Source of the DNA: Candidatus Fervidifonticultor quintus
GTDB lineage: Bacteria > Sysuimicrobiota > Sysuimicrobiia > Sysuimicrobiales > Humicultoraceae
NCBI GenBank assembly: GCA_031459535.1
Contig: JAVKIJ010000008.1
Location: 1 to 58,058, forward strand
Length of the DNA stretch: 58,058 nt
Direction: 5' to 3'
A model generated the notes under the pieces. It saw nothing but the letters and a program-made list of their open reading frames with translations. It made no database searches and was not told the origin of the DNA. Below are positions 1 through 11,244 of the stretch, in pieces. A program made the position numbers and the translations under genes. The number at the start of each line of letters is the position of its first letter. The stretch's first letter is position 1.

Positions 1-363
1 CCGCCGGGTGGCGGCCCGGACCTCCGCTTGCAACTGCGGACCGCGGTCGCCCACGCGCAGAACGCCGCGGCGTCCGAAGCCCTGCGCGGAGCTCAGTCTC
101 ATCTCCTTCACGTAGTCAACTGCTTGGAGGGCCCCCGTGGCCGCGACTATGCCCAGGCCGAGATCAACCCGTGCCAGGGTCAGGGAAACGGGATCCTCGT
201 AGACCTGCGCAGCAACCCGGGCCGCGCGTCGTGGGTACCTGTGGCGGAGGCGGCGAAGGACCTGGCGATGCGTGGAAGCAAGCTGGGTGAGCTGGCCTCA
301 GCCCGGGCGTCGGCCCGGGGCGTTGCGGCACTGCTGGCGACCGTCGCGGAGAACGTCAGGTAG
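1..363 (+). CDS. Hypothetical protein (5'-truncated) with a His/Cys motif
   Basis: Frame is open from position 1 to TAG at 363; motif HAQNA...HLLHVVNCLEG...NPCQGQGNG; followed by a GGAGG RBS for the next gene. Confidence 0.7.
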   Translation, partial: PPGGGPDLRLQLRTAVAHAQNAAASEALRGAQSHLLHVVNCLEGPRGRDYAQAEINPCQGQGNGILVDLRSNPGRASWVPVAEAAKDLAMRGSKLGELASARASARGVAALLATVAENVR

Positions 364-393
364 AGGACCTGCAGCCACGCCCAAGGAGGCCGC

Positions 394-798
394 ATGCCCA
401 CACTCTATCACCCCCTCGTCGTCCACTTCCCCGTCGCGTTGTGGTTGACCAGCGCCCTGTTCGATATCCTCTATCTGCGGACCGGCGAGCGGTTCCACCT
501 GCGAGCCGCTCAGTATCTTGTCGGATTGGGCCTGCTCGGCGCCCTGGCCTCGGTGGTCACCGGGTTCGTGGACTACGGCCCGCTGGTCCGTGAGGGCATC
601 GGGCAGGCATTCGTAGACCGGCACCGCGTCCACTCGCTGCTGGCCTACGGCGCGATCCTGGTCTACGCCGTGGCCTTCTACCTGCGGTGGCGCTTCCCAC
701 GGCCGGCGCGTGCCGCCCTGGCCGCACTGACGGTCGGCGGCGCCGCGCTGATCGCGTATGTGGGGTGGCTCGGTGGGGAACTGCGGCTGGTGATGTGA
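394..798 (+). CDS. DUF2231-like small membrane protein
   Basis: N-terminal HPLVVHFPVAL, four hydrophobic segments, C-terminal GWLGGEL; AGGAGG upstream. Confidence 0.8.
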   Translation: MPTLYHPLVVHFPVALWLTSALFDILYLRTGERFHLRAAQYLVGLGLLGALASVVTGFVDYGPLVREGIGQAFVDRHRVHSLLAYGAILVYAVAFYLRWRFPRPARAALAALTVGGAALIAYVGWLGGELRLVM

Positions 799-799
799 G

Positions 800-1522
800 A
801 TGGCGGCGCCTGCCCGCATCCTCGTGGTGGACGACGAACCGCACATCGTGGAACTGGTCAGGTACAACCTCCTGCAGGAAGGCTACGACGTCACGTCGGC
901 CGGCAACGGGGAGACGGCGCTCGAGAAGGTGCGCAGCGAGCGCCCGGACCTGGTCGTGCTGGACATCATGCTCCCCGGGCTCGACGGTCTCGAGGTCTGC
1001 CGCCGCCTGCGGCAGGAATCGGCTGTGCCCGTGATCATGCTCACGGCCAAGGGCGGAGAGCTGGAGCGGGTCGTCGGCCTGGAGATCGGCGCGGACGACT
1101 ATGTCACGAAACCCTTCAGCCCCCGCGAGCTCGTGGCGCGGGTTCGGGCCGTACTCCGGCGTCGCTCGCGCGAGGTCTCGGCGCCCACGCAGGACCCGAT
1201 CCAGGTGGGTGGCCTCAGGCTGGACCCCACCACGCATGAGGTGACCCTCCACGGCAACGCCATCGACCTCACGGCGCGGGAGTTCGAGCTGCTCTGGTTG
1301 CTGATGCGACACCCCAACCGCGTCTTCACCCGCGACTTCCTGCTTGAGCACCTGTGGGGGTACGATTTCTACGGGAGCACCCGCACCGTCGACATGCACG
1401 TCAGCCGGCTGCGGGAGAAGATCGAGGACGACCCGGCGCATCCCACCTACATCGTGACCGTCCGGGGGGTCGGCTACAAGCTGCGCGGCACAGAGACCGG
1501 CCGCCAGAAAGTCAGGGCCTGA
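800..1522 (+). CDS. OmpR/PhoB-family response regulator
   Basis: Receiver motifs VVDDE, LDIMLP, GADDYVTKPF; winged-helix end RTVDMHVSRLREKIE...TVRGVGY. Confidence 0.95.
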   Translation: MAAPARILVVDDEPHIVELVRYNLLQEGYDVTSAGNGETALEKVRSERPDLVVLDIMLPGLDGLEVCRRLRQESAVPVIMLTAKGGELERVVGLEIGADDYVTKPFSPRELVARVRAVLRRRSREVSAPTQDPIQVGGLRLDPTTHEVTLHGNAIDLTAREFELLWLLMRHPNRVFTRDFLLEHLWGYDFYGSTRTVDMHVSRLREKIEDDPAHPTYIVTVRGVGYKLRGTETGRQKVRA

Positions 1523-1531
1523 CCGTCGCGG

Positions 1532-3259
1532 ATGAGAATGCGCTCGATTCGCACCCGCCTGATGATCTCTTATATCCTGCTGGTCTTCGTGTGCCTGGTC
1601 CTCGTGGCCACCTTCGTCACCTGGAGGCTGCAGTTCCAGTACATGACCTACTACCGCCGGGTCGTGGGCACCCAGGCCGTGCTGATCAGCCGCATGCTTC
1701 AGGCGTACGCCCGCGAGGGCGCCGCGCCGGCGCGACTGGAGCAGCTCGCCCAGGAGTTCCGGTGGCGCGACGACGCCGCCATCCGGGTGTTGCCCGCGGC
1801 GGAGGTCAGCGGCCGGGACGACGCGCCTGAAGTCCTGGCGGCCGTCAGTGAGGGCAGGCCGGCCGATGTGGTGCGCGACGACCCCGCCACGGGGCAGGTG
1901 CGGATTTTCGCTGCGGCGCCCGTGGCGGTGGGCTCGCAGACCACCGCGGTCGTCCACGTCTCCGTGCCCACCCGGTGGGTGTGGGTGCAGCTCCGCGGCA
2001 TGCTGCCCCACCTGGGCGCCGCGCTGCTCATCGGGCTGGTGGCGGCATGGGTGGTCGGCACGCGGCTGGCCCACACCATCGTGGAACCGATCCATGAGCT
2101 CACCAGAGTGGCGTCCAGCATGAGCGCAGGCGACCTGTCTGTGTCCGTGCGGCCGCACGGGAGCCTCGAGATCGGGCGGCTCGGTGAGGTGTTCAACTGG
2201 ATGGCCGACCGGCTGCGGGCCACGATTACCACCCTCTCCGCCGAAAAGAAGAAGCTGGCCGCCATCGTGGCCAGTATGACCGACGGTGTCATCGCCACCG
2301 ACCGCAATGGCGCCGTCATCCTGGCCAACCGCGCGGCCATGGAGCTGTTGGGGTGGCCCGATGACGGCGACGCCGACAGGCGGGTGGAGTGGCCGCGGCT
2401 CCGTGCGGTGCTGGAAGACGCCGCGCTGCACGGCCGCATCTGCGCCGAGGAGCTGCCGCCCTCAGAGACGGCCAACCGGCTCGTCGAGGCGCACTGCGCG
2501 CCCATCAGCGGCGATGAGGGCCGACCGGCCGGTGCGGTCGCCGTGTTGCGCGACGTGGGCGAACTGCGACGGCTCGAACGCGCCCGCCGGGAACTGACCG
2601 CCAATGTCTCCCACGAGCTGCGCACGCCGCTCACGTCCATCAAAGGCTTTGCGGAGACTCTGCTGGCGGGAGCCGTGCGCGATGAGCCGACCGCCCGTCG
2701 GTTCCTGGAGATCATCGACCAGGAGACGAACCGGCTGGTCAAGCTGGTGGACGACCTGTTGGACCTCTCGCAGTTGGAGAGCAAGCGGCTGAGCCTCGAG
2801 CTGGGGCCCGTACGGGTCCGCGAGGTAGTTGCCGACGCCGTGCTCCGGATGAAGTCTTTGGCCGGGGCACGCGAGCTGGAGTTGCGGCCGGCAGAATCCG
2901 ATGTGGCCGTCGTGGCCGATCGCGACCGCCTGGCGCAGGTGCTCACCAACCTGCTGGACAACGCCATCAAGTTCACTCCGGAAGGCGGCCGGATCGCGGT
3001 GGGGTGGCGCACTCTCAACGGGGAGGTCGAGGTGACCGTGGCCGATGACGGACCCGGCATTCCACCCACAGACCTGCCGTACGTGTTCGAGCGGTTCTAC
3101 AAGGCCGACCGCTCGCGGTCACCGGTCCCCGGGGGTACCGGGTTGGGGCTGGCGATCACCAAGCACATCATCGAGGCCCACGGGGGCCGCATCCGGGTGG
3201 CCAGCACGCCGGGCGAGGGGACCACGTTCTCGTTCACCCTTCCTCGGGATGCCCCGTGA
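1532..3259 (+). CDS. PhoR/WalK-like sensor histidine kinase (2 TM, HAMP, PAS, HisKA, HATPase)
   Basis: H-box SHELRTPLT, N-box NLLDNAIKF, DDGPGI, GTGLGLAI; two TM helices. Confidence 0.95.
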   Translation: MRMRSIRTRLMISYILLVFVCLVLVATFVTWRLQFQYMTYYRRVVGTQAVLISRMLQAYAREGAAPARLEQLAQEFRWRDDAAIRVLPAAEVSGRDDAPEVLAAVSEGRPADVVRDDPATGQVRIFAAAPVAVGSQTTAVVHVSVPTRWVWVQLRGMLPHLGAALLIGLVAAWVVGTRLAHTIVEPIHELTRVASSMSAGDLSVSVRPHGSLEIGRLGEVFNWMADRLRATITTLSAEKKKLAAIVASMTDGVIATDRNGAVILANRAAMELLGWPDDGDADRRVEWPRLRAVLEDAALHGRICAEELPPSETANRLVEAHCAPISGDEGRPAGAVAVLRDVGELRRLERARRELTANVSHELRTPLTSIKGFAETLLAGAVRDEPTARRFLEIIDQETNRLVKLVDDLLDLSQLESKRLSLELGPVRVREVVADAVLRMKSLAGARELELRPAESDVAVVADRDRLAQVLTNLLDNAIKFTPEGGRIAVGWRTLNGEVEVTVADDGPGIPPTDLPYVFERFYKADRSRSPVPGGTGLGLAITKHIIEAHGGRIRVASTPGEGTTFSFTLPRDAP

Positions 3260-3276
3260 GAGCGGGAGGATCGTCC

Positions 3277-4449
3277 ATGACCAGCCCTGACGTGGTTGTC
3301 ATCGGCGGGGGATGCACCGGCGCCAGCGCCGCGTTCTGGCTGGCGTCCCGGTATCGCCTGCGCGTGGTGCTGCTCGAGCGCCGGCAGATCGGCGCCGGCC
3401 CGACCGGACAGTCCAGCGGCATCGTCCGCATGCACTACTCGTACGCGCCGCTCATCCGGTTGGCGCTGCGCAGCCTGCGGGTCTTCGAACAGTTCGACGA
3501 GGTCGTCGGTGGAACCGCCGACTTCCGGAGAACCGGGTTCCTCATCCTGGCACCGCACGCCCAGCGGGCTACGCTGGAAGCCAACGTCCGTCTGCAGCAG
3601 CAGCTGGGCGTCGCCACCTCGTTGCTGACCCCCCAGGAGGTCGCGGCCCTGGATCCCCGCCTTCGGGTCGACGACATTGGCGCCGGAGCCTACGAGCCGG
3701 GCTCGGGGTACGCCGATGGCTATGCTACCGCCACGGGGTTCGCGGTGGCTGCCAGGCGGCACGGCGCGACCGTCCAGGAGGCGACCCCCGTCGAGCGGAT
3801 CCTGGTGGAAGCAGGCCGCGTAGCCGGCGTCCAGACCAGGCAAGGCCGGATCGGCGCCGGCGCGGTGCTGGTGGCGGCGGGGCCCTGGACCCCGTCGCTC
3901 CTGGCCCCCCTGGGCATCCACGCGCCCATCCGCGCGACCCGACACCAGGTGGTTGTGGCCGAGACCCCGGAAGGCAGCGCGCCGCTGGCGTCGGTCATGG
4001 TGGACCTGGCCACGAGCCTGTATACACGCCCGGACGTCTCGCGGCAGTTCCTCATGGGGACGATCGAGGAGAGCCCCGAGGAAGAAGTGGCCCCGGACAC
4101 GTACAACGAGGCCACGGACTTCGCGTTCGTGGAACGCATGTCCGCGCGCCTCGCCCACCGCGTTCCCGCGTTCTCGTCGGTGGCCGTGCGGCGCGGGTAC
4201 GCCAGCCTGTACGACGTCACGCCCGACTGGCAGCCGATCCTGGGCGCCGTGCCCGAGGCCCCGGGGCTGTTCGTGGCGGCGGGCTTCAGTGGCCACGGCT
4301 TCAAACTCAGCCCGGCGATCGGCGAGGCGCTGGCCGGGCTGATCGCCACCGGCCAGAGCGGTGACGTGGACCTGAGCGCGTTCCGTCTGTCGCGTTTCGC
4401 CGAGGGGGCTCTGATCCACAGCCCGTACCAGTACGGCATCGTGGGATAG
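3277..4449 (+). CDS. FAD-dependent oxidoreductase, DadA/sarcosine oxidase beta family
   Basis: IGGGCTG dinucleotide-binding motif, TPDWQPILG, GFSGHGFKLSP; ATG at 3277 follows GGAGG. Confidence 0.88.
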   Translation: MTSPDVVVIGGGCTGASAAFWLASRYRLRVVLLERRQIGAGPTGQSSGIVRMHYSYAPLIRLALRSLRVFEQFDEVVGGTADFRRTGFLILAPHAQRATLEANVRLQQQLGVATSLLTPQEVAALDPRLRVDDIGAGAYEPGSGYADGYATATGFAVAARRHGATVQEATPVERILVEAGRVAGVQTRQGRIGAGAVLVAAGPWTPSLLAPLGIHAPIRATRHQVVVAETPEGSAPLASVMVDLATSLYTRPDVSRQFLMGTIEESPEEEVAPDTYNEATDFAFVERMSARLAHRVPAFSSVAVRRGYASLYDVTPDWQPILGAVPEAPGLFVAAGFSGHGFKLSPAIGEALAGLIATGQSGDVDLSAFRLSRFAEGALIHSPYQYGIVG

Positions 4450-4458
4450 GCGTGCGGC

Positions 4459-6003
<1,545 letters not shown>

Positions 6004-6007
6004 GCGC

Positions 6008-7669
6008 CTATTCCTCCTCCGCCGCGCGGAGTTCGCGCCGGACGGCGGCCGCGGGCAGCAGTCCCTCGGGTCGGAGCTGCATCATGACCACCAGGGCGGC
6101 GCCGTAGACCAGAAACCGGTACTCGGCGAACTCTCGCAACAACTCGGGCAGGCCCACCAGGACCAACGAGCCCACGATCACGCCAGGCAGGCTGCCCATT
6201 CCGCCCACGATGATGAGGCTCAGCACATTGATGGAGATCAGGAAGTTGAAGCTGTGGGGGAAGATCGACCCGATCATGACCGCGAAGATCGCCCCGCTCA
6301 CACCGCCGAATGCGGCGCCGAGCCCGAAGGCCAGCAGCTTGACATTGACCAGGTTGATGCCGGTGGCCTGGGCAACATCCTCGTCTTCACGCACGGCCAT
6401 CCAGGCCCGGCCCAGCCGCGAGTCCCTCAGCCGCGACGCTACGAAGATAATGATGGCGCAGCCCACCAGCGTCAGGTAGAAGAGTTGCTCGGGCCCCGAG
6501 AACTCGAAGCTTCCGATGGTCGGCTTGGGAATGTTCAGGATGCCCTGCGAGCCCCCAAGCCACGGTCGGAGGAAGTCGGAGAGCACCAGCAGCCGGATGA
6601 TCTCGCCGAACCCCAGCGTGACAATGGCCAGGTAGTCGCCGCGGATGCCCAGTACCGGGATGCCCAGCACGACACCCGCCAGCATCGAGACCACCAGCGC
6701 GATGGGGACCGCCGCCCAGAAGGACAGATGCAGGACGCCGTGCTCGCCCAGCGAGGTCAGCAGGCCCACGGTGTACGCGCCAATGGCGAAGAACGCCACG
6801 TAGCCCAGGTCCAGCAACCCGGCCAGTCCCACCACGATGTTGAGCCCCAGCCCCAGCAGCGCAAAGATCCCCACGAGCACCAGCACCTGGGCGAGGAACG
6901 AGCCGGCCACCACGGGCACCAGCAGCAACGCCACCAGGCTGATCGCCATGGCGAGGAGGCGCAGACCTCTGGCCCCTCCGGCCGGGCGCCGCGCCACCCA
7001 CTGCCGGGCCGTCGTCTCATACCGCCTCCACGCGGCGCTGGCACCGCAGGCAATCAGGGAAATGAGCACTGCTCCCCTGGGTGATACGCCGTCACTCGAG
7101 AACAGCAGATCGCGCAAGGCCGCCCGCAGCCCCTCGCCTCCCAGGACGACGAAGAGCAGTTCCTGGAAGACACCGAAGCCCAACACCCACGCCGCGCCCG
7201 TCGCCAGGGGCCGGCGCACGGCGCCGGGCAGCAGCGACGCGGCCGCGCCCAGCGCGCCCAGCCCGAGGCCGCCCAGAATGGGGAGGTACCACCCCGAAAG
7301 CCCTCGGCCCAAGGACAGCATCACAAACAGATCCGGGGAGGCACTCTCGAACATCGCCCGCAGGTTCACGAGGCTGCCCACGACCACGAGCGCACCGACC
7401 AACGCGCCAGCCGCCATGCCGGCCAAGCCCCCGCGCGCCACGGCGAGCAACGCGCGCTCGCGCCCCTGTTCTCTGTGCCGGGCCGCCTGATACCCGGCGC
7501 CGAGTCCGGTCAGCACCAGCAGGGTCATCCCCAGGGAGATCCACCCCGAGACGATCTGGCGGGCATCGAAGGTCTTCACCATGCCCACCATGGCCAGGAA
7601 GACGGCCACCCCGCCCCACAGCAGCCCTCCCCGAAGCGTCTGGACCCACAGCGGACGAGTGACAGACAT
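6008..7669 (-). CDS. livM: LivM-type ABC permease with a long hydrophobic N-terminal extension
   Basis: GLNIVVGLAGLLDLGYVAF, GDYLAIVTLGFGEI, GRAWMAVREDE. Confidence 0.88.
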   Translation of the reverse strand: MSVTRPLWVQTLRGGLLWGGVAVFLAMVGMVKTFDARQIVSGWISLGMTLLVLTGLGAGYQAARHREQGRERALLAVARGGLAGMAAGALVGALVVVGSLVNLRAMFESASPDLFVMLSLGRGLSGWYLPILGGLGLGALGAAASLLPGAVRRPLATGAAWVLGFGVFQELLFVVLGGEGLRAALRDLLFSSDGVSPRGAVLISLIACGASAAWRRYETTARQWVARRPAGGARGLRLLAMAISLVALLLVPVVAGSFLAQVLVLVGIFALLGLGLNIVVGLAGLLDLGYVAFFAIGAYTVGLLTSLGEHGVLHLSFWAAVPIALVVSMLAGVVLGIPVLGIRGDYLAIVTLGFGEIIRLLVLSDFLRPWLGGSQGILNIPKPTIGSFEFSGPEQLFYLTLVGCAIIIFVASRLRDSRLGRAWMAVREDEDVAQATGINLVNVKLLAFGLGAAFGGVSGAIFAVMIGSIFPHSFNFLISINVLSLIIVGGMGSLPGVIVGSLVLVGLPELLREFAEYRFLVYGAALVVMMQLRPEGLLPAAAVRRELRAAEEE

Positions 7670-7686
7670 GCCGCTCCCCCGTGGCG

Positions 7687-8802
7687 TCAGGCCTTCTTGG
7701 TCACCAGGCGCTCGCCCAGGATGCCCGAGGGCCGGAAAATCAGCACCATGACCAGCATGGTGAACGCAATCACGTCCTTGAGCTGGTATGGGGCCACGAT
7801 CCCCAGGCCATCCAGGATCAGGATGGGTCCCAGCGACTCGAAGATGCCCAGGAACATCCCGCCCAGCATGGCCCCCGGGATGTTGCCGATCCCCCCCAGC
7901 ACCGCGGCCGTGAAGGCCTTGATTCCTGGGATGAATCCCATGTAGAAGTGCACCTGCTTGAAGACCAGCGCGTAGAGCACCCCGGCCGCGCCGGCCATGG
8001 CTCCACCGATCCCAAACGTGATGGCAATGACCCTGTCAATATTGATCCCCATAAGGGCCGCCACGCCGATGTCCTCCGACACTGCCCGCATGTGGATGCC
8101 GGTCCTGGTGCGCATCACGAACGTATACAGCCCCAGCATCATAAGAAACGACGCCACGATGGCCACGGCCTGGGTGCGGAGAATCCCGATCCCCACCACG
8201 GTCCACTCCCCTTTGAGGATCTCCGCCTCGGGATACGCCTGGAACCCGGCCCCGTAGAACCCGCGGAACGTGTACTGGAGAAAGAAGGACGCGCCGATGG
8301 CGGCGATGAGCGGCACCAGGCGCGGGGAGCCCCGTAGCGGCCGGTAGGCCACGCGCTCCAGCAGCAGCGCCACGCCCGTGGAGACGGCCATGGAGACCAC
8401 CAGGACCACCAGGAGGCTTGTGACGGGGTTGCGGTTGAGGAATCCTGACGACGCGAAGGCGGCTGCGACAAAGTAGGCCGTGTAGGGTCCACTCATGAAG
8501 ACCTCGCTGTGGGCGAAGTTGATCATGCGCAGGACGCCGTAGACCATAGTGTACCCCAGGGCGATCAGGGCGTAGATGCTGCCCTGGGCGAGCCCGAACA
8601 CCGTCAGATCGATCCAGGTGTCGGCCCCATACTTCCGGGCCAGAACCGTCCCCACCGTACCCCAGACGACGATCACGAGCACGACCGCGCGGAACGCCCA
8701 CAGGTACAACTCCACTACCGACAACCGTGCGAGCCAGCTCCTCTGCACACCGCCGCCTCCTGTGTAACCAAAGGGGATGAGCCGGTGACGCGGACGGCTC
8801 AT
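7687..8802 (-). CDS. livH: LivH-type ABC permease
   Basis: GSIYALIALGYTMVYG...INFAH, KAFTAAVLGGIG. Confidence 0.9.
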   Translation of the reverse strand: MSRPRHRLIPFGYTGGGGVQRSWLARLSVVELYLWAFRAVVLVIVVWGTVGTVLARKYGADTWIDLTVFGLAQGSIYALIALGYTMVYGVLRMINFAHSEVFMSGPYTAYFVAAAFASSGFLNRNPVTSLLVVLVVSMAVSTGVALLLERVAYRPLRGSPRLVPLIAAIGASFFLQYTFRGFYGAGFQAYPEAEILKGEWTVVGIGILRTQAVAIVASFLMMLGLYTFVMRTRTGIHMRAVSEDIGVAALMGINIDRVIAITFGIGGAMAGAAGVLYALVFKQVHFYMGFIPGIKAFTAAVLGGIGNIPGAMLGGMFLGIFESLGPILILDGLGIVAPYQLKDVIAFTMLVMVLIFRPSGILGERLVTKKA

Positions 8803-8835
8803 CCCCCCACACTACCGTGCACGTGGCCTAGTGGC

Positions 8836-10089
8836 CTACGGGTAGATCTTCTTCGGATCCACCCCTGGGTTCCACTTGGCCGGATCCACCGAGATAGACT
8901 CGTAGACGGCAATCTTGGGGTCTGCGCAGTCGCCGTACCTGTCGCAGGTCAGCGTACCGGTCAGCCCCTTGAAGTTCTTCGTGGCGTACAGCGCGTCGCG
9001 CAGGGCCTTGCGGCCGATGTAGAGGTTGCCCGCGGCGTCCCGCTTGGCCACCTTCTCAATGGCCGCGAAGATCATCATGGCCGCGTCATAGGCGTGGGCA
9101 TGGAACGGCGCCAGAGGCTTGCCGCCGTACTTCTTCTCGTGCTTCTTCAGGAACTCGCCGTAGCGGGGTCCCAGCGCCTCAGGCGAGAGGTCGGGACTGG
9201 AGTGGTACATGCCCTTGGCCGCATCGCCGGCCGCCTTCCAGAAGTCCGGGGAGAACATGCCGTCGGCGCCCATCAACTTGGTCTTCTCCAGGCCGGCGAC
9301 CTCCTTGGCCTGCCGCGTGATGTGCCCGCCAGCGGCAATAAAGATGGGGTAGTAGAGGAATTCTGGCTTGCCTGCCGCGATCTTGGTCAGCACGGGCCGC
9401 ATGTCGGTGTCGGTGGGAGAGACGGCTTCCTGGGCCGTGATCTTGCCGCCAAGCTTCTTGAAGTTCTCGGCGAAAACGTTGGCCAGGGCCTCGGCGTAGG
9501 GGCTGCCGTCGTGGATGGTGGCGGCCGTCTTCACCTTGGCGAACTTCCACGCGAACTCCGCGGCTACCCTGCCCTGGACCTTGTCGTTGTGCGCGGTGCG
9601 CAGGTAGCCGTCGTATCCAGGCCCGCGGGCGGGATCGGTCAGTTTGGGGGCCGTGTTCGACGGCGAGACCGTGGGAATGCCCGCCTTCCAGAGGATCGGC
9701 GCACCCGGGACCGCCTCACTGGAGCAGTTGGACCCCACCGCCGCCACAATGGCCTTGTTGGCGGCCAGCTTGGTCGCCGCAGTGGTGCCGCCCTCGGCGT
9801 TGCAGCCGGTGTCCTCACCAATCAGCTTGATGGGAAAGCCGAGGAGTTTTCCGCCCTTGTCGTCGATGGCGATCTCGACGCCCCGCTTGGTGTCGGTGCC
9901 GAGACTCGCGTCGGGACCGGCGATCACCATCCAGTAGGCGATGGTAATGGGTTGCCCCCTTGCGATCTTGACCACACCAATCGGATCGGTCACAGGCCCC
10001 ATGGTTGCCGCGGGCGCGTGGGCCGTCAGCAACGACCCCGCCGCCACGGCCAGGGCCGGGATCAACAGCATCGTCAGTAGCCGCCTCAT
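8836..10089 (-). CDS. LivJ/LivK-type amino acid ABC substrate-binding protein
   Basis: Signal peptide MRRLLTMLLIPALA; GSNCSS, SPSNTAP, AYDA; ATG at 10089 follows AAGGAGG. Confidence 0.9.
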   Translation of the reverse strand: MRRLLTMLLIPALAVAAGSLLTAHAPAATMGPVTDPIGVVKIARGQPITIAYWMVIAGPDASLGTDTKRGVEIAIDDKGGKLLGFPIKLIGEDTGCNAEGGTTAATKLAANKAIVAAVGSNCSSEAVPGAPILWKAGIPTVSPSNTAPKLTDPARGPGYDGYLRTAHNDKVQGRVAAEFAWKFAKVKTAATIHDGSPYAEALANVFAENFKKLGGKITAQEAVSPTDTDMRPVLTKIAAGKPEFLYYPIFIAAGGHITRQAKEVAGLEKTKLMGADGMFSPDFWKAAGDAAKGMYHSSPDLSPEALGPRYGEFLKKHEKKYGGKPLAPFHAHAYDAAMMIFAAIEKVAKRDAAGNLYIGRKALRDALYATKNFKGLTGTLTCDRYGDCADPKIAVYESISVDPAKWNPGVDPKKIYP

Positions 10090-10160
10090 TCGTCGGATCC
10101 CTCCTTCGTTCGCTATGGCTGGCAATCCGAGAACCGCGTCCCCCGCGTCAACCCGCCTCC

Positions 10161-10170
10161 CACCTCCTCT
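10161..10170 (-). promoter_or_regulatory. Orphan Shine-Dalgarno-like element AGAGGAGGTG in the leader of the Liv binding-protein gene
   Basis: Identical 10-mer at 50116-50125 before another binding-protein gene; about 70 nt upstream of the start, which has its own RBS. Confidence 0.4.
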
Positions 10171-10222
10171 GCCGCACCACGTCCATCTCGCGCCGCCACA
10201 CAGCGGCCCCAGTCGCGCCCTC

Positions 10223-10251
10223 CTTCGCTACGGCCCCTGGGCAGTTCCTTC
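10223..10251 (-). promoter_or_regulatory. Putative sigma-H-like promoter GAAGGA-N19-GAAG
   Basis: One of six similar motifs found upstream of operon heads. Confidence 0.4.
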
Positions 10252-11242
10252 AGCCGCCCAGATCCACGAGGACGCCGCGACCAGCCGCCGATGCGCGCGC
10301 CAGGGCCAGGCGGGCGACCGCCAGGTCCTGCACCGCGTGGCCGACCGACTTGAAGAACGTGACCTCCGAGGAGCCGGTGCGGCCTGGAGCGGTTCCGCTG
10401 GCGACCTCACCGATCTCGGCGCGGATTCCCTCGGGGGTGATCAGCCCCTGGCGGATGGCCAGGACCAGATCCCCGGCCTCCGCCAGGGCGGCGGCGCGGC
10501 TGTCCACGAAGATGGCCGATCGGGCGACCAGTTCCCCCGGTACCTCACGGGTCGAGGGCGTGTATGCGCCCACGGCGGTGACGTGCGCACCCGGGCCGAC
10601 CCCGGTGGCGGGAAAGACCGGCTCGGCGCTGGTGGTGGCCGTGATGATGATCTCCGCTCCCCGCACCGCCGCCGCCGGATCGGTGACCGCGAGCACCGTC
10701 GCGCCGCCCAGCCACGGCTGCTCCTGCGCCCAGCGGACGAAGGCCTCGGCGGAAGCGGCCTGGCGGTCCACCACCCTCACCTGGGTGATGCGGCGAACCG
10801 CGCAGGCCGCCTCGAGCTGGGCGCGTCCCTGGACACCCGCGCCGAAGAGCGCCACGATGCCGGCGTCGGGGAGGGCGAACAGGTCGGCGGCCAGGCCGCC
10901 GGCTGCGCCCGTGCGCAGCGCCGTGAGCGACGAACCCTCGATGAGCGCGGCAGGCTCCCCGGTCTGCGCGTCCAGGAGCAGTACGGTCGCAAAGATGGTG
11001 GGCAGGCCGCGCTGCCGGTTGTGCGGGAACACCGTGACGAGCTTCGCGCCCAGCCCACCTGCTGCCCCCAGATACGCCGGCATGGCCAGCAGGGTCCCGT
11101 CGTGCTCGGCGACCGGCACGTGAGACCGCAGGGGCACCGTTGCGCGTCCTGCCGACAGCTCGATGAATCCCTCGCGGACGGCGGCAATGGCGTCCTTCAT
11201 GGGCACCAGCGCGCGCAGGTCGCGGGCCGGAATGACCCTCAC
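10250..11242 (-). CDS. Ornithine cyclodeaminase/mu-crystallin family protein
   Basis: GAKLVTVFP, TALRTGAAG, FGAGVQG, FFKSVGHAVQD. Confidence 0.9.
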   Translation of the reverse strand: MRVIPARDLRALVPMKDAIAAVREGFIELSAGRATVPLRSHVPVAEHDGTLLAMPAYLGAAGGLGAKLVTVFPHNRQRGLPTIFATVLLLDAQTGEPAALIEGSSLTALRTGAAGGLAADLFALPDAGIVALFGAGVQGRAQLEAACAVRRITQVRVVDRQAASAEAFVRWAQEQPWLGGATVLAVTDPAAAVRGAEIIITATTSAEPVFPATGVGPGAHVTAVGAYTPSTREVPGELVARSAIFVDSRAAALAEAGDLVLAIRQGLITPEGIRAEIGEVASGTAPGRTGSSEVTFFKSVGHAVQDLAVARLALARASAAGRGVLVDLGG

Positions 11243-11244
11243 GC

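Noticed and set aside
557-2431. 624-aa minus-strand ORF and the many similar overlapping ORFs (e.g. 8509-10080, 20442-22031, 29801-31393, 48809-50242)
   Set aside because: They overlap motif-supported genes on the other strand or frame, have Arg/Gly/Pro/His-rich shadow composition and show no recognisable motifs.
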